A DNA stretch of 64,000 nt from Camelus ferus (GCF_009834535.1 NC_045713.1:26164001-26228000), one strand, 5' to 3'; numbered from the stretch's first letter, positions 25,991 to 37,562 are shown. Numbers and translations: made by a program. Notes: generated from the sequence alone by a model not told the origin.

Positions 25991-27487
25991 TTTCCCTGGG
26001 CTAGCAGAGAATCCTAACCAAGTCACTCTGTATCTGCCTGCGGTCCAAAACTCACAGTTAGGCAAGCTGATTCACTAAGGGGTTTTGTTTCTTTTTTTTT
26101 TTTTTTTTAATTGAATCCAATAAGCTCTCAAGCCAAGTGTTGATTGTACAAGAATTTGAGATCAATAGAGTCAGTCTGGGTCTACCTAATGCCCCAAATG
26201 TGGATGAACATTTTCATCCATTATCGAGGTTTGGAAATAATCCAGCTTGTTGTGTGTTTGGAAAAGGCAGACCCGAGGACAAATGTTTTGGGTCTGACTT
26301 AGACACCTGGCCCAGGGGAGAGCCATTCACAAGGTTATGTTGCGTAAACCGATGTCAGTCATCACTTTAATCAAGGAGCTGACCCATCCTGTTGCGTGCC
26401 CTGGACTTCTTTTGGTTTGCCAGGTGACTAACTTGAATCTCCTTTAGTTCCCCGTCTCTGTTTCCCCCACTCATGCCCTTTTCTCCCATTTTGTAGTGAA
26501 ATCAGGTGGAATCAGCAGGGAGGTTATTTAGATGCAATCTCTCTTCTTCAGATTATATGGGAACCACTATACGGGAGCTCACACACTCCAGATTTTTCTG
26601 TGTTCCTTTAAGATTCAATGTTCTTGACCAATGAGTCCATGTACTCACTGTTAATCATCTTATCTTTTCCTTTCTTTCTTTCTCTCTATTAAGACTTTTC
26701 AGTCCCTTGGAAAGGGAAAAAGAAAAAACAAAAAAATCTCTAACAATTTTTTTTTTTTTTTTTGCTGAACAGTAATTTCATTATGAAGTTGGCAGGGAGC
26801 AAGTACCTATTACCTTCAATTATCCCATCCAGTTTCTAGGAAGGACAATCCATATCTCCTCAGGCGTTGTTCCCACTTAAACTTGCTCCAGAGCAAAATT
26901 CTTTACCCGGGGAAAAATCCATTATACACCCCACTGCTTGGCCCGCATTAACACCTGCCGGGCGCTCGGATTAAACAGTAAAAAATCTTATCACTGTTTT
27001 GTTTATCTCTCGAAAATTGATGACAGACTTTTAGTGACCAGATAAAATATCAGAACTTCTGGCTGCTGCTAAGCCTTAAATTGCATTTGTGATATTTCCA
27101 TCAGGAGCAATAAACACACGCCAGCAAGACGTGGGAGTGACGAGGGCTCTAATGGCTTGCAGAGGGACCACTTCTGGGCTGTTAGTGTCCACTGACAGTA
27201 AAGTGACAAGTCGTTTTCTTCATATCAGTGCTGTACATGACACAGAGCTAGAAAAGATGTAAATTAGGTGATGCACGTACTTACAAGTTTCCATCGGCAT
27301 CTACAGTCTCAGGTGTATGAAGCTGGAGTCCGGGTGAAAGCAGCATCTCTCTACCACTTGCATTTTATATCCTATGGCTGGTTGACGTATGGGGATCAGA
27401 AATAACACAGGAAAACAGGTGGGTTGTTTTTCCAATATTATGACTGCAAAGAAACTGGGCCAGAATGATCACACTCTTTCTAGCTCT

Positions 27488-27790
27488 ACACTAATACGAT
27501 GGCCACCAACTACAGGCGGCCACTGAGTGCTCGACATGTGGTTAGTCTGACTAGAAATGTGTCATAAGGGCACAACACACTGGATTTGGAAGCCTTCGTA
27601 TTAAAAAATGGCATAAAAGATCTCGTGAATACTTTTATATGGATTTCATGTTGAAATATTTGGGGCATGTTGGGTGCCATAAAATGTATTTGTTAAAATT
27701 AACGTCATCTGCTTCTTTTTACTTGCTTAATGTGCTGCCAGATAATGTGAGATGACATACGGCTCACACTACGTTTCTATCGGACAGCTG
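27488..27790 (+). mobile_element. MER33 (hAT-Charlie non-autonomous DNA transposon)
   Basis: actggatttggaagccttcgt...gatttcatgttgaaat...aaaattaacgtcatctgcttctttttacttg...tttctatcggacag. Confidence 0.75.
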
Positions 27791-28080
27791 TTCTGGACCA
27801 TCTTTGGTGTGTTTGCTCTGTTTTAACCAGTGGCTGGACAGTACGCAACATGAAGGCAGAGACTTATTTTGCCTTGCTTTGCATTCTATTTCCAGCACCA
27901 AACAGAGTGCCTGGCACACAGCTGGTGCTGAAATAGACATGTGCAGAATGAGTAAATGAATGAATTACTATTTCTACGTCATCAGGATCAAAGCCTACGT
28001 CTGCTGCTCCCCAGCTATGCCACTTAAGGTCATATATTTAAAATTCTCTGAGTTTCTATTTCCTCCTTTGTAAAAATGGA

Positions 28081-28132
28081 TCAGGTTAAACCATATGAAC
28101 TAGCTGTGATGGTTTCATGTGGTTTAACCTAA
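28081..28132. mobile_element. Shortened mariner-derived MITE (MADE2-like) inserted in a MIR
   Basis: 17-bp terminal inverted repeat aggttaaaccatatgaa / ttcatgtggtttaacct (1 mismatch); resembles recalled MADE2 TIR taggttgaaccatatgaa. Confidence 0.65.
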
Positions 28133-29569
28133 CAGATCCCTGACTCCCAGGTTTGTGAGTGGGATTAGTGATAGAGCAAAAAATATGCCCGGTATACAGC
28201 TGTTGCCTAATAAGTAAGTAATTAACATTTACATAAAATTTCTATGCTTTTTTTTTAAACTGTTTTCCACCCTATCAAATTTCCTAACACCCCACCCCAA
28301 ATGCACCCTTGTGCTTTTAAACCCGCACTTAGCACTGCCATTCCGTGTACTCATTTCCAGGGTCTTCCCGTCTTTTTGTCAAAGGCCAACCAGACACGGG
28401 CTGCATAAACTCTTTAACTACCACTTAAAATGTCTCATTGCTCCAGATTTCTGTTTTATCTCTTTTTCCTCGTAAGTCTCCTTTAACTTCTCAAATATGA
28501 TTATCTGCAGTGTTCTCTAGACATTTATTATTCACTATTTCCCTTCAGACTTTAATTCTCTTACTGTTTCATAAATGCCACTATAACCCATTCAGTGTGT
28601 CTCAATTTTCAGTTAATTTCCCACCTGCTTTGCCATTTCCCACTTTCCCCAGGTCTTTTCCCGAATCACACTGTCCCTTAAATGCCTCCTCGAACTGCTT
28701 TGGGTGTCACCACTTTTTTTTTTTTTCTCATTTGTCATTTAATTTACATGCTTTTGAAAACAGAGTCACTGTTTTCTTTAAACTTTTTCAGTTCTCAAGA
28801 CACTCTCATTTAAAAAAAAAAAAGTGTTCACTCTTTCCAACTTTCTCTTAGTGGTTTGAAATCCCTTCCACTTTGATGTCTGTCTTAGCGCCCTCTCCTC
28901 CTCCGTTAACCATTCCCTTATGGGCAGGAGTCCTCTCTTTAGACCAAACTTGTGGTGCATTTACCATTTTTGATTCCCACCCCCGACACCACCCCTTCCC
29001 CTGATGCACAACTTGTACCGTTTCGTTTCAGCAAGTCTCTTGATGAGAATCCTTTTCCTTTGCCCCAGTGCTCAAGTCCGTGTACTCACTGGTGGCTTCC
29101 TGTTTCCCCTGAACAATTACCGAAGGCACGTCTGCAGGGCTGAGACGTAAATGTCAGGACGGAAATGTAATAACTCCAACACACAGATCTGCATAATCTA
29201 GGCCAGCATCATTCAAAACAGGCTCAGAAACTACAGCATAATGGAAAAAAACCCAAAAAACCACTGGGTTTAAAAAAAATAAGAGGGGAGTATTTTCTCA
29301 AATTCTACTGTGGCCAATTTAAAAACAAATAATGTTAGTTGTCTTGGTTAAGCAAGACTGAATTTTAAAAAATTAGAACAGGAGATGGTAAACTCCATAA
29401 AGGCAAGGATCTGTGTTTTGATCACCACGATTCTAAAGCACATAACAGAGTGTGTTGCAGTAAGGGCTTATAAGTATTTGTTGAATAAATGAGCAAGTGA
29501 TTGAGCAGGCACAGGCCTCCAAGATCTTGTTCATTCAACATTCATTTCCGGTGCAACAAATCCAGAGAG

Positions 29570-29840
29570 GCGATGCTGCAAGACAAGTGTTTAGTTTAGG
29601 AATCAGACAGCCCGGGTTATGCAGTTCTGTGGCTTCCAATCCTGACTGAGTCTCCTAAATTCTCAGAACATCCGTTTCCTCTTCTATAAAAGTCAGGTTA
29701 TAATAGCCACATCTCTGTGTAATTATAGGGATTACACTAGATGAAATTTAACCACAGAAGGTATGTAATGTTACGAGCAGAGCGTTTGGCACGTAACAGT
29801 GTCTGGTAAATGATGACAGCGGGGGTAGCAGTAGTTGTCA
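29570..29840 (+). mobile_element. MIR
   Basis: ggaatcagacagcccgggtt...ccgtttcctcttctataaaa...cgtttggcacgtaacagt. Confidence 0.65.
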
Positions 29841-31442
29841 TGGTTTCACATCATTCTTTCCTCCTTCTAAAATCTGAAATTAAAGGGCTTTCTCTTAGAT
29901 GCTGGAGGATCAGTGTGGCTGCCACTCCAGTTTCCCAAGGGAGGCAATGAACCCTCTAGGTTCCTCCCCTAAGGAGAGAGGAGGAGCTAATCTGATTGCT
30001 CAGAGCCTCAAGTACCCCTGGACCTGGCGCTGGTGCAAGGGTGGGGACCCAGGTGCCCACCTTCCCCTTCACGTCTCCTGGGCGTCCCATCTCTGCTTGG
30101 TGAGCACACCTGAGCCAAAGGTGACTTTTGGAGGACATGCTGCCTTTAGTAACCCAACTTCTTAGTCTAAAACTTGGAGTAAATTAGAACAAAGCTTCTC
30201 TAAGTATGTCCATTCTACCTGCTCCCGTCACTAGACTGGACCCATTTGGCCAAAGGTTTGCAGGGGGAGCAGGGTCTATAGAGTAGGATCTAAGATGCAT
30301 GCCCCAATTATCCTTTATCAGGAGTTACTGGGAGGCTGTGTCCATTAATAACGTGGTTCTCAGAATCCCATTCTGTTCTTGTTCCTTATATGTATGGTTC
30401 CTTAAGGAAGTTGGTGGGGGATCTGGAAATTCTCGAAATTATGGCTAGTATTTTGTAACACTATCAAAGCAGCACCAAATATATCACCATCTAACGGCTC
30501 TGCCTCATGTAACCACTTGGAACGAGCTGGCCTAGGAGTCAATGAAACCATCTCTTGTAGTGAGCATCTATTCCAAGAGAGCCCCCCAAAGTAGGTCATG
30601 TGACAAGCGGTTTCTGTGAGCTCCCTGGATCACCTGTGTCCATGCCACCAAATTATTCAGGATCTCAGACAGGCAGATGTCCATGAATGTTGCCGCCTCA
30701 CCTTCCCCAAATATGCAGAAAGAGCTGATGTGGATCAATTCAAAGTGCAACTTCATCCAAGAACTTCTGGATATCCCCCCATCCTGGAACCTAGACCCCA
30801 TGAGAAGAGGGATTTGTCTATTTTGTTCTCGACTGTATCCCCTTCCAGAACCTGAATGGTGCCTGGCAGAGAGAAGCTGCTCATATGTGCTTACTGAGGG
30901 CAGGAAGAGTCTCAGGTCTCTAGCCCTCTGACAATGAGCCCCACTTTCTCTGTCTGTCCAGGGGGTATGTGCCTGTGCTCGGTGGGTGTCTGGGGGCCTG
31001 ACGGAGTGACCAAGGCAGAGGAGAAAGTTTGGGGATGAAGCCAACAGGGCTCCAGAATTCCTGCCTCTGCTTGAATCCTGAATACACTGTACTCCCTGCA
31101 AATTATTGTTGGAAAAAATAATCTTCTGCTGATATGAGTCAATTAACAAGCCAGAAAACAATCAGGAAACTTGTTCCTACATGCTTTTGTACAGGAAGGG
31201 CCCTGGTCTTCAAATCAGAGGATCTAGGATTTGGTCCCACCTACCTGGACATGTGAGTAATAATAACCACTAAAAGAAAGGAACCAAAATGTATTTAGCA
31301 CCTAATAGGTGTTAAATGTTGTCCCAGATGATTTCTGTTCTTTACCTGAATTTTTACCCTAAGAGCTAAGTGTGGATTTTTCCTTCACAAAGAAAGAACA
31401 GAGGCACAGAGGAGTTTATGATGGTGCCAAAGACTACACAGG

Positions 31443-31932
31443 GTGCCAGACACCTCTGGTTGTTCGTCAATGTCTTTTTTCCTCTTCTGCCTTAGTAATA
31501 GAAACTCCCATTTTCAGCTGGGCATGTAGCCTTCTATATTAAAGTTTACATTTCCCAGCTAGGTGTGGCTATGTGACTACGCTCTGGCCATTAGGAAGAG
31601 AACATATGATATGTATAACCTACAAGGAGTATTTTATAGGAAGGAGAGGAACCCTTCTTTGCTCCTTCCTCCTTCCTGCTGGCTGCACTACAGATATGAT
31701 GGCTGGAGCACTAGCAGCCATCTTGTACTATGAGGTGGAAGCCATTGGCTGAGGGTGGCAGAGCCATAAGGCAGGAGGAGCCTGGGTCCCTGGCACCATG
31801 GAACACCACACAAGCCCTGGACCACCTTTGGCTTCTCTTACAGGACAGAGGACTCAATGTCTGCCTTGGTTAAGCCACTTTTATGTTTGGGCTTTCTGTC
31901 AACTAAAAACAAAATTAATACTCACTGGTTTA
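31443..31932 (+). mobile_element. MLT1H/J-like solo LTR
   Basis: catttcccagctaggtgtggctatgtgact, atgatggctggagcactagcagccatcttg, ggaggagcctgggtccctgg, ttaagccactt. Confidence 0.75.
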
Positions 31933-32189
31933 AGTGGTAGAGTGATTTTTTGAACCAAAATGGATTTCAAAGCCTTGGAATTAAGCTGCATCAGCTCCCA
32001 TCTAGCCTCTTTGCACCTCAGTTCACCTTCTCTGAGAAATGTGGGTGTGGTACCGCTCATTCCTTTGTTTTCTACCAGCTCTGCTTGATCCCACTTCCTG
32101 ACTTCCTTCCCAATAATGTTGCAGCTAGAGAGAACACTGCCTCTCTTGACTCAAGGAGATACAGTGACAAAAGTATGTGAATCCACATC

Positions 32190-32458
32190 TATATAAAGCT
32201 CTTTCCCATCTCATGTGGAAGAAACCTTAAGCCACAACAGAGGAAAACATGAGAGAAAAAGAGAGGGAAAAAGAATGAGAAAGAGATATCTGAAGACAAT
32301 CATTAGAGCCTGAATCTAGATATGGCAGGTAACAAGTATGCCCATACCCTTTCCAGTTGAATAGAGCAATACATCCTTTGTTTTTTGTTTTGTTTTTCTC
32401 TTAACTGAATGAAAATTGGTTTTCTATCACCTAAAATCATAAGAGTCTCAATGAATAT
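32190..32458 (+). mobile_element. Old ERVL/MaLR (LTR16/MLT1K-like) LTR 3' fragment
   Basis: gagcctgaatctagat...gcaatacatcctt...ttggttttctatcacctaaaatcataagagtctcaatgaatata. Confidence 0.5.
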
Positions 32459-32639
32459 AAAGATTTTTCTCCCTTAAACATTCACATATTCAGACCCTCC
32501 AATCCTGAGCAGAGGTCACCTCTTCCCAAAATGTTCACTGAGCTGCCAGCCTCTGCTCCCTCCTCAGAACCGGCATCACTTCCTCTGCGGCTTCCTTTTC
32601 ATCCTGTTATTGGCAGAGTTTTTCACACACAGACGTCAT

Positions 32640-32760
32640 CATCATCTCCTCTGCTGGAGGGTAAACTCCCGGGGACCAGGGGCTGTGTCTGAGCTGTTGC
32701 CGCACACCCCGCACCCGAGCACAGTGTCCAGCAGGTGGTAGGCAACTGGTGACCATTTGC
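32640..32760 (+). mobile_element. L2 3' fragment, unusually GC-rich
   Basis: Reverse complement gcctaccacctgctggacactgtgctcgggtgcgggg...cagacacagcccctggtccccgggagtttac aligns by eye to the recalled L2 tail. Confidence 0.55.
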
Positions 32761-33333
32761 TGAAGGGACAGGACCAGATTTTCATCTGGCCAGAGCTGGA
32801 GCCCTTAGCAGCACGGAGAGTGTCCCAGTGTGCCAGATGACACCTCAGAACCATCAGGACAGAGCTAAATACGTCCTGGCCTAAATGACAGTCTAAATGC
32901 TGCCCAGTCTCGTAATGGAACTTGACAGCCTTGTGTAAATTCAGCAGTAATAACATTTCACATCTTGCCACGGATTTCTGGTGTGGAAATGTGGCCCCCA
33001 GAAGACCCAGCTCTGCAGTCCTGCCCTGCCCAGGTACTCATATCTTTGTCCATAACTGCTCGATCACTTTCTTGGTGGGGAAGAAAAAAATGTATTTACC
33101 TCCTAAAGAGCAAAGAAGAACTGTTATATCAAGGATGGTTGTTTGGAGGTTTTGTTTTTTTTTTTTAATATATAAATAACAGAAATAAAGTTTTTTTTTT
33201 CCCCTATAGCCTCTCTTCCTGTTTGTTTTTCAAATCGCCTTAAAGGATTAATTTTACAACTACAGGGAAATAATTGTGGGGACAGTAGGAAGAAGAAAAA
33301 GAGGAAACAAAAGAGTAAGAAAGAGAAAAAGAA

Positions 33334-33449
33334 GGGGAGGAGGATAGAGCTCAGTGGTAGATCGTGTGCTTAGCAGGCACGAGGTCCTAGGTTCAATCCC
33401 CAATGCCTCCACTAAGATAAAGAAATAAACCTAATTACCTCCTCCTGCC

Positions 33450-33475
<26 letters not shown>
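33334..33475 (+). mobile_element. tRNA-Ala-derived SINE (camelid vic-1 type)
   Basis: agctcagtggtaga...gtgcttagcaggcacgaggtcctaggttcaatcccc head resembling tRNA-Ala(AGC), same aaacctaattacctcc body, A26 tail; TSD unclear in purine-rich flanks. Confidence 0.88.
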
Positions 33476-33480
<5 letters not shown>

Positions 33481-33945
33481 AGAAGTTAGAGAGACAGAAA
33501 GGTAGGAGGGAGGGAGAGAGAGAGATGAACAAACAAGAGACTAGAGAGAGGAGCCTGGCCAAAGGAGGGGCGAGGTTTCCTCTCCCTTGAACAGCAAAAC
33601 AAAATGGAGTTTGAATCAGGGAAGCTGGAAAGGGCTCGTGGGAGGAGATCCTTGCAGCAGCAGGATGCGAGCGGACCAGAGCCGCAAGATGGAGGGCGTC
33701 CAGGGCTGGTCGCGCAGCAAGCAGGAAGGGGACCGGCGGGAGGAGGTCCCACACTGTGGTTTGGCACCAAGCCCTCCCTGGTGACACTGGGAAAGTAGGT
33801 CAGTTTCAGAGCTGGCTGGGGGATGAATGGTCAGCCAGGAACAAGCGGTGGGAAGTGAGGATGCTGAGTGAGAGGTTGACCTGCGCACAGGACCTGGGAG
33901 ACCGGGTGCCTCCCTGGGGCACAGGGAAGAAGGAAAGCCAATAGA

Positions 33946-34143
33946 CAGAACTGTCCAACAGACTTTTCCCCAAGGGTGGGACTGCAGTGTATCTGTGATG
34001 TCCATTACAGGAGCTGCTTGTCACCGGGCGCTCTTGAGCACTTGAAGCGTGGAGAAGGACTGAATTTTCTATGTTATTTTATCTTACTTAACTTAAATTT
34101 AAATTGCCACATACGGCCAGTGGCTACCATCTTGGACAGCTGG
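33946..34143 (+). mobile_element. MER3 (hAT-Charlie)
   Basis: Terminal inverted ctgtccaa...ttggacag; internal gagcacttgaa, ttaaatttaaattgccacat, gtggctaccatcttggacag. Confidence 0.8.
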
Positions 34144-34487
34144 AGTCTAGGAGCTGTGTGGATCACATTCAAGAAGGAACTGATTGCCAAGAGGAACCAA
34201 AAGGCTGTTTTCAGAAATGCCGTTAAGTGTACATTTCAGGGGGCACACAGATAGGTGCATTTAGAGGGTGCCTGGGTTAACCATTAAATTTGTGTATTAA
34301 ATTTGTTTAATATATATCTGAAAATGGAACTAGTATATCAAGCCCATTATTTCATGTTGGGCTATTATTGCTTGGGAAGGAACTATAGTGAAATTTTTTA
34401 TAACTCTAAAAAAGTAAATTGATGTAAATAAAAAGTACACTGTGAAAAATATCACAGAGGGTTTAGAGATATGGAAAAAGTAATAAG

Positions 34488-34770
34488 CATATTACACATA
34501 AATGAAATCAGATATCTGGCCCTTTGTGTCTGGCTTCTTCCACTTAGCATCACGTCTTCACGGTTCATCCACGCTGGAGCATGTATCAGGATTTCATTCC
34601 TTTATGGCTGAATAATACTCCATTGTACAGATATACATATTAAGCTTATCCATTCATCTGTTGATGGACATTCGGTTACATCTTTTCGTTATTGTGAGTA
34701 GGGGTGCTACAAACATTCATGTACAAGTTTTTGTTTAAATACTGGGTTTCAATTCTTTGGGGGTATATAC
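34488..34770 (-). mobile_element. L1MB-like 3' region, inverted segment
   Basis: tgtgtctggcttcttccacttagcat...atccattcatctgttgatggacatt...gggtatatac is the reverse of the L1MB 3' region. Confidence 0.8.
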
Positions 34771-34774
34771 TGGG

Positions 34775-35090
34775 AGAGGAATTGGTTTGGGTAATGAAAA
34801 AGATAGAGGAACTAAAGGGGGAGGGAATAGCTCAAATGGTAGAGCTCATGCTTCGCATGTATGAGGTCCTGGGTTCAACTGCCAGTACTCCTCTAAATAA
34901 ATAAATAAGTAAACCTAATTACCTCCCCTCCAAAGTTTAAAAAAGATAGAGGAACTAACTATCTGTGGAACTAGACAGTGGTGACATATGAACAACACTG
35001 TGAATGTATTTACTACCACTGAATCGTACAGTTTAAAATGGTTAAAATGACAAATTTTATGTTATAGGTATTTTTAGCACAATAAAAACT
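34775..35090 (+). mobile_element. L1MB-like 3' terminus (interrupted by SINE)
   Basis: ggaactagacagtggtgac...ccactgaatcgtacagtttaaaatggttaaaatgacaaattttatgttat...cacaataaaa. Confidence 0.8.
34817..34939 (+). mobile_element. tRNA-Ala-derived SINE (camelid vic-1 type), nested in L1MB
   Basis: Same head and body; 19-bp TSD aaaaagatagaggaactaa at 34797-34815 and 34940-34958. Confidence 0.9.
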
Positions 35091-35398
35091 GTTTTTAAAG
35101 AAGTAATGAAGAGAGTAAGTAGCTGGCTGAATAAAGACCGAGCTAATTCAAAAGATACAATGAGGAGTCTGAATTGGGATGTGAGGTTTATCAGGGATCC
35201 TGGAGTTTTTTAGATCTAAACGTCTACCCAAGAATCATTTCTGTGAACTCTCTGGTAGAAAGGTCAGCTTAGATACCTAAAGCACAAGCAAAAAGCAAGA
35301 ATAAATAAATGGGACTACATCAAACAAAAGCTTCTCCAAAACATATAAGAAACTCACATAACTCCATAGCAAAAAGACTAACAATCTAATTTTTAAAC

Positions 35399-35678
35399 NN
35401 NNNNNNNNNNNNNNNNNNNNNNNNNNNNNNNNNNNNNNNNNNNNNNNNNNNNNNNNNNNNNNNNNNNNNNNNNNNNNNNNNNNNNNNNNNNNNNNNNNNN
35501 NNNNNNNNNNNNNNNNNNNNNNNNNNNNNNNNNNNNNNNNNNNNNNNNNNNNNNNNNNNNNNNNNNNNNNNNNNNNNNNNNNNNNNNNNNNNNNNNNNNN
35601 NNNNNNNNNNNNNNNNNNNNNNNNNNNNNNNNNNNNNNNNNNNNNNNNNNNNNNNNNNNNNNNNNNNNNNNNNNNNNN
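35399..35678. other. Assembly gap (280 N)
   Basis: Run of N inside L1MA. Confidence 0.95.
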
Positions 35679-35782
35679 GAAGAGACATCCATACCCCCAT
35701 GTACACTGCAGCATTATTCCCAGTAGCCAAGACACGGAAACAACTTAGGTGTCCATCTACAGATGAATGGATTTTTAAAAAA

Positions 35783-35785
<3 letters not shown>

Positions 35786-35830
<45 letters not shown>

Positions 35831-35840
35831 TACACACACA
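35786..35840. repeat. Compound (TC)n(AC)n microsatellite inside L1MA
   Basis: Direct reading. Confidence 0.95.
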
Positions 35841-36281
35841 ATGGAATATTATTGTCCTAAAAAGGAAGAAAATTCTTCCATTTGTAACACCACGGATGGG
35901 CCTTCAGATCATTATGCTAAGTGAAATAAGTCAGACAGATAAAGACAAATACCATATGACCTCACTTACATGCAGAATCTTAAAAAAAAAAACCCAAAAC
36001 CCAAGCCCATGGATACTGAGAACAGATTAGTAGTTGTCACAGGCAGGGGGTGAGGAGAGGGCAAAATGGGTGAAGGGGTTCAAAAGACACACATTTCTAG
36101 TTATAAAATAAATAAGTCATGGGGATGTAATGCACAGCATGGTGACGCAGTCGATAACACTGTACTGAGTATTTGGAAGTTGCTAAGAGGTAAATCCTAA
36201 ACAGTCTCATGGCAAGAAGAAAAATTTCATAACTATGTACGGCGACGGATGTTAGCTCGACTTATCATGGTGGTGATTTTG

Positions 36282-36283
<2 letters not shown>

Positions 36284-36330
<47 letters not shown>
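36284..36330. repeat. (TA)n microsatellite, ~23 units, inside L1MA
   Basis: Direct reading. Confidence 0.95.
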
Positions 36331-36334
<4 letters not shown>

Positions 36335-37562
36335 CACACACATATATATATATGTAAGCACATATATCAGATAATTACGTTGTACACCTGAAACTAATAC
36401 AATGTAACATGTCAATTATACCTCAATGTTTAAAAATGTTCATCTCACAGGACTTCTGCGAGTGTTAAAATAGCAACTCACATGAAGTACTTCGTGCAGA
36501 TCCTGGAACAGAATAACTGGAGAATAAACACTGGTTGTCACAGGTATTAATGGGCACAGTTAGAGGGGGAGTGATCTGAGTCAAGGGACAAATGCTACTG
36601 AATTGCATATCTAAAGGCGGTATTGGCTGCACTGTTCCGCACAAGAGGATGGGAAGATTCTAAAGCAAAGAAATCAATGGATCCAAAAGGTCTCCACATG
36701 GAAGAGTTTTAAGGTTATTTAAGTAAACTGATGGAACCGCCTCCCTCCACACTTGAGCCCAGCGCCCACTGCAGAGCCCCTTCCTGACAGACAGCTGCCC
36801 GTCTCCTGGGGGAGTTCCAGTGTCTGAGTGCCATCTCCCCGCTTCCTAGGATGGTCCCTTTCATTGGCGGCTCAAAATTTTTCGCTAAGACTTCCTTCCA
36901 CCGAGCCAGAGTTATTTCCTTGGAACTTCAAACAGCCGGCTCTAATTCTCCACTGTAAGCAAAGGAGACTAATTCAACTCCTATTTCCAGATGGCAAAGC
37001 TTTAAAACTCTGAAGACATGCACCGTGTCGCCCCTTCAAAGTCTCTTCTGTGGGGGTTCTTCAGCCCTTGCTCATGCATGTGAGTCATGAATACTCCTTT
37101 CCATTCAAAAGCACACCTGTCGATTCTCCCCTCTTTCCTCCAGATAGAATCTGGCATTTTCAGAATATTTTCAGAATGAGATCCCACCCCAGGAAACTCT
37201 GTGTGCAAAGATTGACAGGCATTCACTACAGTGAAATAGGCAAGCCTGTATTTCAAGTCAGAGAGGCAACTGAAACGAGTTTCTTCCAATTTCCCCTCTA
37301 TATAGGAATCATTAATGATGACATTGGATGGAGGGGTTCAGCGCATGCCAGGTAAGACGCTGGGTGTTGAACAGAACTCGTTCCGTTTCATACTCCAGCA
37401 GTTCTGCCACTAAGCAGCTAATACAATCAATCGAGAGCGTGTGCACACCTTTCGGAAATTGGGTCTTATATCCCAGAAAGGAGCTCTATTCTATGCTTCA
37501 TTTGCACTTCACTCATAAAAACACCCTTTGGTAAGAGCTATTTGATGTACAAGGTCTTTTTT

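Larger units (their letters stand above)
35270..36428 (+). mobile_element. L1MA-like (L1MA9-type) 3' end, spanning an N gap
   Basis: atgggactacatcaaac, tgtccatctacagatgaatgg, atgctaagtgaaataagtcagacag, gtacacctgaaactaatacaatg...tcaattatacctcaat. Confidence 0.85.

Noticed and set aside
27885-27935. REST/NRSE-like motifs (tccagcaccaaacagagtgcc; ttcagcaccagctg on minus)
   Set aside because: Only the left half matches, the GGA core is missing, and both lie in an L2 tail that naturally contains cagcacc.
33334-33411. Functional tRNA-Ala gene (also 4346 and 34817)
   Set aside because: Extended 5' end, disrupted acceptor/D stems, shared non-tRNA body, A tail and TSDs identify these as SINEs.
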